18,797 bases of DNA. It comes from Candidatus Bathyarchaeum sp. (lineage in GTDB: Archaea; Thermoproteota; Bathyarchaeia; Bathyarchaeales; Bathyarchaeaceae). Of this stretch, positions 7,952 through 16,079 are shown piece by piece. The stretch is taken from NCBI GenBank assembly GCA_026014495.1, contig JAOZIF010000116.1, positions 1-18,797 on the forward strand, given 5' to 3'. Position 1 is the first letter of the stretch. The number at the start of each line of letters is the position of its first letter. Below the pieces are notes generated by a model. It worked only from the letters and a program-made list of their open reading frames with translations. It searched no databases and was not told the origin of the DNA. A program made the translations under genes and the position numbers.

Positions 7952-8494
7952 TGCCATACGCTCAATAACAAGGTCGATTATTGCCTCTTTTTCTAGACCT
8001 TGCTTTTTTAGTTTAGCTTCAAATTCTAGGTTAGATATTCCAAACATTTTTCGTAATTCTTTGATTTTTTTTGATGTTACTTCTAGTACGCTATCATCGC
8101 GTTCGCCAGAAATTGCTTTGGTAACTAACCGTAAGCTTTCATTTTTTTGCTGACTGTTTTGTGCAATTATTAAAGCTGCTACTTCTGAAGAGTCTTGTTT
8201 GAGTCCAAGCATGTTTACGGCTTTTGTTATTTGTCTTTGTGCAGAAGCGTAAAGAAGAGATTCGACAGCCATGTTGTTTGAGATGTTATTGTTTTTTTTG
8301 AAGGCATTTAGTGTGTTTAGTGCTGCAAAGTAGATATGCTGTGTTCCTGCCACTTTTTTTGCGTCAAAGAACTGTATTGCAGCTTTGTTTTCTGTTTTGA
8401 ATTGCTCAAGAAACGTGTTGATGTCTTCTATCTTGACGTTACTAAAGCCTGCTATGGCAATGTTTGAGTTGAATTCTTCAGGTGTTTGTGTCAA
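7931..8494 (-). CDS. cgi121: KEOPS complex subunit Cgi121
   Basis: IQFFDAKKVAG..HIYFAALN, N.ISNNMAVESLLYASAQRQI.KAV..LGL and C-terminal LVIERMALL. TTG start overlaps the upstream TGA (TTGA). Confidence 0.88.
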   Translation of the reverse strand: MTQTPEEFNSNIAIAGFSNVKIEDINTFLEQFKTENKAAIQFFDAKKVAGTQHIYFAALNTLNAFKKNNNISNNMAVESLLYASAQRQITKAVNMLGLKQDSSEVAALIIAQNSQQKNESLRLVTKAISGERDDSVLEVTSKKIKELRKMFGISNLEFEAKLKKQGLEKEAIIDLVIERMALLVTKS

Positions 8495-9132
8495 CGTTGT
8501 TCACCGATAATCTCTTTGATTAATTGTTCTACTATGGTCCTGTCTAGTCCGGAACTAATCAGCTTTTCTTTAGCGACTTGAATACTTTTTTGTTTGGCTG
8601 TGAACTTTTCGACAGTTTTTCTGACGGTTTCTTTTAGTTCCCATGGAAAAACTATCCAGTGGTTAGTTTCTTTTACACAGTAATGAGGAGTGGTTATGCT
8701 CCATGGTTTGCGGTATATTGTTGCGATTCTGATTTCTGATGCGCCCTGATTTTTCAGGTGCTCGTTTACGAGTTTAAGGCTCTTTCCACTATCTGCTAAG
8801 TCGTCAACAAGAAGGATTTGCTTGTCTTTAACCCGAACAGAGACTGGCTGTGTGATGGTGGGTTCAGGTTTTGTTTCGCCGATGCCTACATAGAACTGTG
8901 CTGTTACGTTTGCTAGTTCATGTTTTTCTAGCAGGTCAGAGAGTATTCGGGCGGGAATCCAGCCGCCTCTAGAAACGCCTACTATTATGTCTGGTTTAAA
9001 GTTGCTTTTTTGGATGGAGTTGGCAAGTTTTAGCAGTAAACTGTAAACTTGTTCCCATGAGGGAGTTTCGAGCTTGTCTTCTGAGCTATGAGGTTGTGTG
9101 TTTGTGTGTTTCATTGTTTTTTGCTTCTCCAC
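8491..9132 (-). CDS. Type I phosphoribosyltransferase, paralogue 2
   Basis: PSWE, PDIIVGVSRGG, ILLVDDLADSGKS, WIVFPWE. The true start may be the ATG at 9114. Confidence 0.88.
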   Translation of the reverse strand: MEKQKTMKHTNTQPHSSEDKLETPSWEQVYSLLLKLANSIQKSNFKPDIIVGVSRGGWIPARILSDLLEKHELANVTAQFYVGIGETKPEPTITQPVSVRVKDKQILLVDDLADSGKSLKLVNEHLKNQGASEIRIATIYRKPWSITTPHYCVKETNHWIVFPWELKETVRKTVEKFTAKQKSIQVAKEKLISSGLDRTIVEQLIKEIIGEQR

Positions 9133-9251
9133 AGTTTACTTGCCGCTTTGGGTTTGAGTTTTTGGGGATGTATCTATTTTTGGAGTATGAAATCAATTGT
9201 AATAAGTGATATATCAATTCAGAGGAGAATTCTGGAGTAGAGGCTCAGTAT

Positions 9252-9434
9252 ATGTTGACTTTGAAGGAAATGCGAGAAAAAATTGAGAAACTGGAAGATG
9301 AGAAGGCTGAACTTTTAGAAGAGGTGAAGATGCTCAAACAAGAGGCAGAAGGCAAAGTTATCTCGTTAGAATGTGAGGTGGCTGTGCTTCGGGAAGAGGC
9401 TGATTCTCTGAAGAAAATGTTGAAAACTCTTTAG
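9252..9434 (+). CDS. Small coiled-coil protein (60 aa)
   Basis: Continuous E/K/L-rich amphipathic helix. GAGG SD upstream and a T-rich tract downstream. Confidence 0.75.
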   Translation: MLTLKEMREKIEKLEDEKAELLEEVKMLKQEAEGKVISLECEVAVLREEADSLKKMLKTL

Positions 9435-9523
9435 ATGCTAAAGATACCGTTTTGTGTATATTGTTTCTTTTGTTTTTGAAAGCTAGTTTTATGTTAAATT
9501 AAAAAAAACTTGAAAAGCAGTAG

Positions 9524-10513
9524 CTAATCAAGTTGTTGAAGGGCTCTTAACCGCTTTACTATGTTTGGGTGTGTAGAAAAGACTTCCATTATCTTGTCGA
9601 AAGTAGTTATTTTTTTTCGCAGAACTTCTTCAACAAGTTTTCTGTCGCCCATGCCGCTACCCAAATATCTTAGTGCAGCAGCATCGGTTTCTGAGCGGTC
9701 AGGGTCTGAGATGAACAGTGCCTTAAATGAGTTGGAGCCGCTGCCTGTATCACGTTTATTGCGTCGAGCATTTTTCATGTTGTTTGTGGAGTTTACTATT
9801 TTTGCTAGTCCTTCAGAGAGTTTGCGTGCACCATCGTCTACTATTGATGCGCTGTGGCGGTCTGCGTAGTATTCGCGTATTCTGCTTAGGTATAGTGTGA
9901 ATAGTGTGAGTATGAAGTATAGGGCTAGGCTTGCGATGCCGATGATTGCGGTTCCTCCGTTGTCTCTGCTGTCTCTTCGGTTGTACATGGATGATAGCAG
10001 AAATGAGTAGCCTATGTAGTAGAAGATTGCGGGTAGGATGGATACGAACATCATAACTTGGACGTCTCTGTGTTTTAGGTGTCCTAGTTCGTGTCCGATT
10101 ACGGCTTCTACTTCTTCTGTGTCAAGGGTTTCTAAAAGTCCTGTTGTTACTGCAACTCTGCTGCCTGTAAGGGGTGAGCCATATGCGAAGGCGTTTGGTA
10201 TGGGCATTTTTGCCTTCATGAGTTTTGGTTTTTTGATTTTGCTTTTTTGGCTTAATCGGTCAACCATTTCGTGTAGTGCAGGGTCTTCTTGTGGGTTGAC
10301 TTCTTTTACGCGGTACATTGCGCCTATTAGGTATGGGGCTATGAGCCACTGGATTATGTTGAAGATAACCACGATGAATGGTAATACAAGTATGCTGACG
10401 CCAGCTAGTGACAAAATGACTGTGAAAAAGAGCGTGGATAATACTATGATTATACCTACTGTTCCTATCAATGATAAACGAAGTTTCCATAAATTCACTA
10501 AATAGTTCCCCAA
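9524..10513 (-). CDS. htpX: M48 family zinc metalloprotease HtpX
   Basis: PNAFAYG, VAVTTGLL, HELGH zinc motif, SRIREYYAD, FSTHP....RL. The start may be the GTG at 10498. Confidence 0.94.
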   Translation of the reverse strand: MGNYLVNLWKLRLSLIGTVGIIIVLSTLFFTVILSLAGVSILVLPFIVVIFNIIQWLIAPYLIGAMYRVKEVNPQEDPALHEMVDRLSQKSKIKKPKLMKAKMPIPNAFAYGSPLTGSRVAVTTGLLETLDTEEVEAVIGHELGHLKHRDVQVMMFVSILPAIFYYIGYSFLLSSMYNRRDSRDNGGTAIIGIASLALYFILTLFTLYLSRIREYYADRHSASIVDDGARKLSEGLAKIVNSTNNMKNARRNKRDTGSGSNSFKALFISDPDRSETDAAALRYLGSGMGDRKLVEEVLRKKITTFDKIMEVFSTHPNIVKRLRALQQLD

Positions 10514-10613
10514 TAATGCTGAGAAATAACAGCCTCTTATTAACCTTTTTCAGGTTTTTGGAATTCCATTGCTTTAGTAACCTGTAATCTGTCTGGCTTT
10601 TCCAGTTTCTTGT

Positions 10614-11651
10614 TTACTGTTGTTTCTTTATCTTGTATTGGTTTCCTGTTTTTGTGACTTGAATGTTTGTGCCTAAAATTTTCTGGGTTAACCAGATGTT
10701 TGTTTCTATATGGTCAGTTATTTCGCGCGTTAGGTATGTTGAGGTGCCATCTGCCAATGCGATGTAAGGCACAAGCATGTCCGCAAGATGAACATCAACT
10801 GTAGCTTTTGCCTCAATTTCTTTCAAAAGGTTTTCAGCGGCTTGTGTTCCCACTGCCTCGCTGGACTTACGAAGCTCTCCTATGGCGTCTGCTCCAAGTA
10901 TTGCGCCTTTGCTTGTTTTTGCCCATAATGTTATGGAACTGCCTTTTTGATGAGGATTAGACCTGTCATTAACTACGTGAATGTTTGTTTCATAACCGTG
11001 GTTTTGAAGGATATCCTTTGCTGCTTTGGCTTGGCGTTCTGCAACTCTTTGTTTTTCTAGGAATGTGCAGACGGAAACGCCGTTGATTTGTTCTATTTCG
11101 CCAAAATCTTCTAGGGTGACTGGGTTGAGTTTGGATGCAGGGTTGACATCTAATACAGCTTCTCCCATGCCCTTAGGGTAGTAACCGAACCGTTTGACCC
11201 CTAAAGACGCCTGTAATCCAAGTTGTTCAAGCGTTGGCAAGAGAACATTCTTCATGTAGTTTATAGTTGGAGAATAGCGAACATCTGTGCCGCCATTAAC
11301 AACATGAACTCGGACGTTACTCTTTGCGTGTGCACAGATGGGTAAAACCGTTAACAACAACATGGATATGCTTCCTGCAGTGCCTATATCCGCTCTTATC
11401 TCACCACTTATGATGTCGTTTGGTTTGAACCACAATTCACTGGAGCCAAGCGTTGCTCCTTTTGTTTTTGTGTTGCAAAGTTTTGCTGCGGTGTTAACTG
11501 ATTCAAGGTGCTGTGGGCGTAGTCCTTGCTGTTTGCGGTTGTGGCGGATATTGTAGATGTGCAATGGTTCTTGAGTGATGGCAGAAAGAGCTACAGATAA
11601 ACGTAATATTGTTCCGCTACCGCTTTTTTGGCTGCCGTCAATCTCTAACAT
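10614..11651 (-). CDS. rtcA: RNA 3'-terminal phosphate cyclase
   Basis: IDGS..SGSG.ILR, IR..R...GLRPQH, TAGSISM, GGTD, RFGYYPKGMG, VD.HLADML and the catalytic His in TDHIETN. Confidence 0.95.
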   Translation of the reverse strand: MLEIDGSQKSGSGTILRLSVALSAITQEPLHIYNIRHNRKQQGLRPQHLESVNTAAKLCNTKTKGATLGSSELWFKPNDIISGEIRADIGTAGSISMLLLTVLPICAHAKSNVRVHVVNGGTDVRYSPTINYMKNVLLPTLEQLGLQASLGVKRFGYYPKGMGEAVLDVNPASKLNPVTLEDFGEIEQINGVSVCTFLEKQRVAERQAKAAKDILQNHGYETNIHVVNDRSNPHQKGSSITLWAKTSKGAILGADAIGELRKSSEAVGTQAAENLLKEIEAKATVDVHLADMLVPYIALADGTSTYLTREITDHIETNIWLTQKILGTNIQVTKTGNQYKIKKQQ

Positions 11652-11799
11652 TTTGGGTCTACTGACATTACGTTTTCAAGTTATTTAATTTTAAAAAACT
11701 GGGACTTTGGTTGCTGTGCAGGTCAGCCGCTTTTGGCGACAATAAAGTTTTTCTTTCTAGATTTAGTTAGATATATTATGGGGGACATTTTTGAGTTGG

Positions 11800-12105
11800 A
11801 TGGTGGATTTAACACGACTCCAGAGTAAACCGAAAATTTCTATTGCAGCGGTTAATGAATTCATTTTGCAGCACCCAACGTGGGCTGCGTCAGTAATCAG
11901 AAATGCGTTAGGCTCTGAGATGTACAAAGAATTTTGTTTGGGCTGCGAAAACTTTGACAATTGCTGCGAAAAGCTGGGGCTCATAAAAAGAGAAATTGGT
12001 TCAGGTTGCATATGCAACGAATTCTTGAATCAAGCGTTATCTGACATTAATAAACCACAATTGGAATCACTTTTCAGAGAAGTTACAGCTATGCTTACCC
12101 TTTGA
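11800..12105 (+). CDS. Hypothetical Cys-rich protein (C-x2-C-x5-CC-x13-C-x-C)
   Basis: Open frame from TTG 11791 or ATG 11800, divergent from rtcA, with six clustered Cys. No family recognised. Confidence 0.7.
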   Translation: MVDLTRLQSKPKISIAAVNEFILQHPTWAASVIRNALGSEMYKEFCLGCENFDNCCEKLGLIKREIGSGCICNEFLNQALSDINKPQLESLFREVTAMLTL

Positions 12106-12215
12106 TTTTAACCCAATCAAAGACAACTATTATGACATTGAGGACATGTCGCGGGAAGCTCACGAAACATTATTATCGGGCAGTTATGGTTTCATATCCT
12201 CTTGTGGGGAACTAG

Positions 12216-12656
12216 TTGGTTAAAAAAATTTTAGTTGCTCTAGATGGTTCCAAAGCATCAAATAATGCATTAAATTTTGCACTTGAATTGGCAGGCATGA
12301 CTTCGGCACATATTGAGTTGCTTACAATTGTTCCGCCAGTTTTTTTGCCGTCATATTCCATTTATGTTCTTAAATCAGATGCTCTTTCAGAGTGTGCAAA
12401 GGAATTAGAAATTAGTTTTAGAGGTGTGTTGTCTAAAGCGCAGGAAGATGTTCGAAAAAGAAAGCCTACACTTAAAGTCTCAACGCGGTTTGAGAAGGGA
12501 GAGCCTTCTGAAAAAATCGTTGAAGTGGCAGAACGAAATGGCTTTGACTTGATTATTATGGGAAGCAGAGGATCAGGGGGTAGAGTTTCTGCTCTTGGAA
12601 GTGTCAGTTCTAGAGTTATTGACAAGTCTTCCTGTCCCGTTTTAATAGTGAAATAA
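12216..12656 (+). CDS. uspA: Universal stress protein (UspA family)
   Basis: KILVALDGS, G.P.EKIVEVA....FDLIIMGSRG, LGSVSSRV.....CPVLIVK. Confidence 0.93.
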   Translation: MVKKILVALDGSKASNNALNFALELAGMTSAHIELLTIVPPVFLPSYSIYVLKSDALSECAKELEISFRGVLSKAQEDVRKRKPTLKVSTRFEKGEPSEKIVEVAERNGFDLIIMGSRGSGGRVSALGSVSSRVIDKSSCPVLIVK

Positions 12657-12670
12657 TGTTCTACTCTGGC

Positions 12671-13597
12671 TTAAAACACCTCATCAACCTTAAGATGCGT
12701 TAAGTATCCCAACAGAGCTAAAAATGCAACCCAAACAACTTCTATTGTGCGCCCGATTGAAATTGGAAACGCTACTAAAACAAGAAACCCTACACTGAAC
12801 AAAAATGCACCATATACTGCTAAGGATTTAAAGTTGTGAAATGTTTCAGTTGTTTTCCACGTTACCTTTTTTCCACAAAACAACAGAGTGATAAATACTG
12901 GAGCAAACAGCAAAAGTGCATACGTTTTATACTTGGGCAACTCTTCGTGGAAGCTTTCTCGTATGTCGCGGTAAGCTTTTCTTCGGAATATGGCAGGCAA
13001 ATCTGGAACGAAATTACTATAGACAAACAGCAGAGCTGCTAGCAAAATAGAATCCAACACATTTAGTTCAAAGAAAATGAACATTATTAACCCATAAATG
13101 ACACTTGATGGAAAAACAATCCATTTGAAGACCTTTGTTAGAAGATGCACATGTTCAAAAGTTTCAATTTTCATGAACCACAAAGAAATTTTTGCACTAA
13201 CTTTTCGGTTTACTCTTGTAAAGTAGCCTAAAACTAGTCCATAAAGGCGTTCATACAATGATCGAGAGACTGAACGTGAAAGACGTTTTGCTTCATGATA
13301 TGTTATTTTTTGTTTTGCAAAAGGGTAAATGATTTTTCGCACAGAATGGTCGATGAATGGAATCCACAAAAAGCAAAGAGCAATAAAGGTGATGTTGATG
13401 TATCTTCCACTTTCCCACGTGTAATAATAAAGTGGAGTTTCCAATCCTTGTGCTCTAGCCGTTTCGCAATATTCTTCATAGTCCTGAAGGGAATTAAAAA
13501 ACACAGTTACCCAAATTACTGACCCAATTGAAAGGGCTATTAGGCCCATGATAAACAAATGCTCGGTCACTTGTGCCTTCGTTTTATGCGCCAGCAT
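12671..13597 (-). CDS. Polytopic membrane protein; C-terminal half resembles a YdjM/DUF457-like metal-dependent hydrolase
   Basis: Motifs EHVH, SNFVPDLP, ETFHNF and GYLTHLKVD parallel the H..PDLD..HS..GxxSHxxxD pattern. There is an extra 2-TM N-terminal region of about 140 aa. Confidence 0.65.
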   Translation of the reverse strand: MLAHKTKAQVTEHLFIMGLIALSIGSVIWVTVFFNSLQDYEEYCETARAQGLETPLYYYTWESGRYINITFIALCFLWIPFIDHSVRKIIYPFAKQKITYHEAKRLSRSVSRSLYERLYGLVLGYFTRVNRKVSAKISLWFMKIETFEHVHLLTKVFKWIVFPSSVIYGLIMFIFFELNVLDSILLAALLFVYSNFVPDLPAIFRRKAYRDIRESFHEELPKYKTYALLLFAPVFITLLFCGKKVTWKTTETFHNFKSLAVYGAFLFSVGFLVLVAFPISIGRTIEVVWVAFLALLGYLTHLKVDEVF

Positions 13598-13729
13598 TTT
13601 GTTAATTATCTTATTTTTATAAAAAAGCTTTCTAACACGTAAACATTGAATGCTAAAATGTTATCGGAAATATGAAAAAACAAATGAGTAACCTAATTAT
13701 AAATCAGATATGTGTAGAGGCGATGGTTT

Positions 13730-14104
13730 ATGTCTGAAGAAAAAGTGAACATTCAAGAGTTAGCCCAAAAAGTTGACGAACTTCTAAACGTCCTAAAAGT
13801 GGTCTCAGCAGACCTAACAGAAGTCTCCAAATCACTCAAAGCCGCAACCAAACCAGCATCAACCCCTGCAACGTCCGCCCCACAATCTGAAAAAAAGAAA
13901 GACATCAACGAAGTAAAACAGGCATTCTCTCCAGAGCTTGCAAGCATGTTACTCTTTGAAGATATGCAAAAATTCGTTATAGTAAAACCCCGCAGATTCT
14001 TAGGCTCCGACAACTTCGCCAAAGTCGCATCTGTAGTGCGCGAAATTGGTGGAGAATACATCAGCGCCGGAAAAGAGTCACATTTCAAGGTGCCAAAGAA
14101 GTAG
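13730..14104 (+). CDS. Hypothetical protein: coiled coil, P/A/T/S linker and small alpha/beta domain
   Basis: 124 aa, SD-like GAGG upstream, coding-like codon pattern, modular sequence. No function recognised. Confidence 0.8.
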   Translation: MSEEKVNIQELAQKVDELLNVLKVVSADLTEVSKSLKAATKPASTPATSAPQSEKKKDINEVKQAFSPELASMLLFEDMQKFVIVKPRRFLGSDNFAKVASVVREIGGEYISAGKESHFKVPKK

Positions 14105-14315
14105 ATTTCCAAAAATCAAGCATCAACAAAACGTTATGCTGTTACGCGTAGTTTATTCACACTTCTGTGCGGCATATTAGTCTCCTAATAGAGGTACATT
14201 GTTGAAAACTATCTTTTTTTCTGAAATTTTCTGCACAGCACACATTTACTAAAAAAGTTCACACAAGCATTAACATACAGCAAGAACCCCAAAAACCGCT
14301 CAGGTGTTTATCCGA

Positions 14316-14762
14316 TTATGTGGTGTTTCGTTTGCTTGAGACTACTCCTTTGCTGTCTTGGTATGACCCATTGTATCCTTTCTTTGCATGACTTGCGAGA
14401 CTGTGAAAAACAATCTGCACAATACGCTCTTGTTCATGTAATGTGATTTCTTTGTCGCTGACATTATGAAGGTGCAAAGTTAATTGTCCACGAAAGCCGG
14501 GGTCAATAACTGCAAAACTTCCTATGATTCCTTCCCGAGCAAGCGACGAACGAATATGCATAAACGCAACTATGTTCAAGCCCAACTCAACGGTTTCCAG
14601 AGTCGCCACAAGCACATAATCTTTAGGCTTTAAAACCACCGTCTCAGAACACCTTAAATCGTAGCCTGCAGGGTTCAAGCAAGCAGAAAGGTCAGAGGGT
14701 TCTAGTTTAATTTCTCCTGTTTTAAGGGCATTTAGTATTTCTGCGTCAGAAAGAACAGTCAA
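14316..14762 (-). CDS. dut: Trimeric dUTPase of the archaeal Dcd-like clade (likely to be auto-annotated as dCTP deaminase)
   Basis: PAGYDLR, RSSLAREGIIGSFA, IDPGFRGQLTLHLHN, ERIVQI, Y.GSYQ. The Glu position of the deaminase motif is His. Confidence 0.75.
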   Translation of the reverse strand: MTVLSDAEILNALKTGEIKLEPSDLSACLNPAGYDLRCSETVVLKPKDYVLVATLETVELGLNIVAFMHIRSSLAREGIIGSFAVIDPGFRGQLTLHLHNVSDKEITLHEQERIVQIVFHSLASHAKKGYNGSYQDSKGVVSSKRNTT

Positions 14763-14817
14763 CGAAACTCACAGCCTTTCCTGTTAAGAGTTGACAAAAA
14801 AGAACTTTTCGATAAAA

Positions 14818-15756
14818 CTATAACACCTTGAGTTCCTGAAGCATCTTACATGGCCTGCAAAGGTCACCAACAGTTGGCTCCCCACACAATTTGCAGTCAT
14901 TTAACTGTGTTTCCGTAACATAAGCTTCTACTGCAGGTTGAAGCTTCTCCATTGACCTAAAAACCGTAAACAAAGTTCCAGCATGCTTATGCTCCATCCG
15001 ATTAAGCATGTCTCGTATGTCATTTCGTAGAGCAGACTGAGCATACGGGCAATCAATACACTGAAACTCAATCCCTTTAAGATACGCATAAAAAACAACC
15101 TCCTTTTCTGGCACCAAACAAAGAGGCTTCACGCGCTGCACAAGCTTTGGATGAATCACATTCAAAACAGGCTTTGACCGCGCAATCCGCATAGGGTCAC
15201 CGTGAGCAACATTAAGAAGCATAGTTTGTGTTACATCATCCAAACTGTGCGCAGTAACAAGCTTATCCACACCAGCATCACGAGCCAACGTGTTAAGCGC
15301 CTTTCTTCTAAGCACCCCACAGTAGCTACAGGGCGTCAAACCGCCTTCACCCTTCTTTTTGATTAACTGTACAATCTCATCCAATTCATACCCAAACATT
15401 TCCTTAAAGGATGTAACCAGATGTTCTACCCCAAGCCGTTGGCAGTTCTTCTCTGCAATCTTCAAAGCTTCATCTCTGTAGTCACGTATTCCCTCATCAA
15501 CCGTGCCTGCACAAAAAGACACATCAGGAAACACTTTTTCGATCTTTGCCAAAATATGAAGCAGCGTGACGCTGTCTTTGCCTCCAGAGACTGCCACCAT
15601 AAAGTTGTCCTTTTGTCTTAGCATTTCATATTTTGAAATAGCTTTTCGCACCTTGTCTTCAACGGTTCTGCAAAAGCACTGGCCACAAAGATTTTCTCCT
15701 GAGTAACTGCGCCCAAAAATTGCCTCTTTTCTTCCACATAGGGTGCATACAGTCAT
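14818..15756 (-). CDS. ttuA: tRNA 2-thiolation protein TtuA/Ncs6 (TIGR00269)
   Basis: N- and C-terminal Zn fingers (CTLC..CGQC; CKLC..CRPC), PP-loop VSGGKDS, CSYC, HSLDD, RVKPL, CPY. Confidence 0.9.
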   Translation of the reverse strand: MTVCTLCGRKEAIFGRSYSGENLCGQCFCRTVEDKVRKAISKYEMLRQKDNFMVAVSGGKDSVTLLHILAKIEKVFPDVSFCAGTVDEGIRDYRDEALKIAEKNCQRLGVEHLVTSFKEMFGYELDEIVQLIKKKGEGGLTPCSYCGVLRRKALNTLARDAGVDKLVTAHSLDDVTQTMLLNVAHGDPMRIARSKPVLNVIHPKLVQRVKPLCLVPEKEVVFYAYLKGIEFQCIDCPYAQSALRNDIRDMLNRMEHKHAGTLFTVFRSMEKLQPAVEAYVTETQLNDCKLCGEPTVGDLCRPCKMLQELKVL

Positions 15757-16079
15757 GTCTTTATTTCAACTCACTTTAGGTGCTGTTATTTTGTTATGTT
15801 TCCCAACCAAAGGGTTAGCAAGGCAACGTAGCATTGTATTCATCATCACATTTTTGGGTAATAAGCTAAAACTAGGGGTTTCTTTTAAGGGCTTTGAGTT
15901 GCCGCAACAGAGATGCTACAACAAAAACAACCGAAAAACAATGAACAAACATTCATCTTTTATTCTATACTATGATTAAAAGTTCACCTTTATGGAAATG
16001 TTTATATCCGAATTTATCAAATATCATGAGGTTAACTGAACAAAACACTAATTACATTAACAAATCAGGAGCACTAAAA

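Noticed and set aside
9561-10505. + strand ORFs 9561-9869 and 10038-10505
   Set aside because: Antisense shadows of htpX.
11763-12017. 84-aa minus-strand ORF
   Set aside because: It overlaps the better-supported + strand Cys-rich ORF and has no recognisable features.
15843-15849. C-box-like GTGATGA on the minus strand (possible C/D sRNA)
   Set aside because: No CTGA D or D' box at a suitable distance.
15743-15979. 78-aa + strand ORF between ttuA and the dph6-like gene
   Set aside because: It overlaps the ttuA start, has no SD, and occupies the divergent promoter region.
15972-16079. 36-aa N-terminal extension of the Dph6-like ORF
   Set aside because: The fold begins at MKIAISWSGG, with an AGGAG SD 8 nt before ATG 16080.
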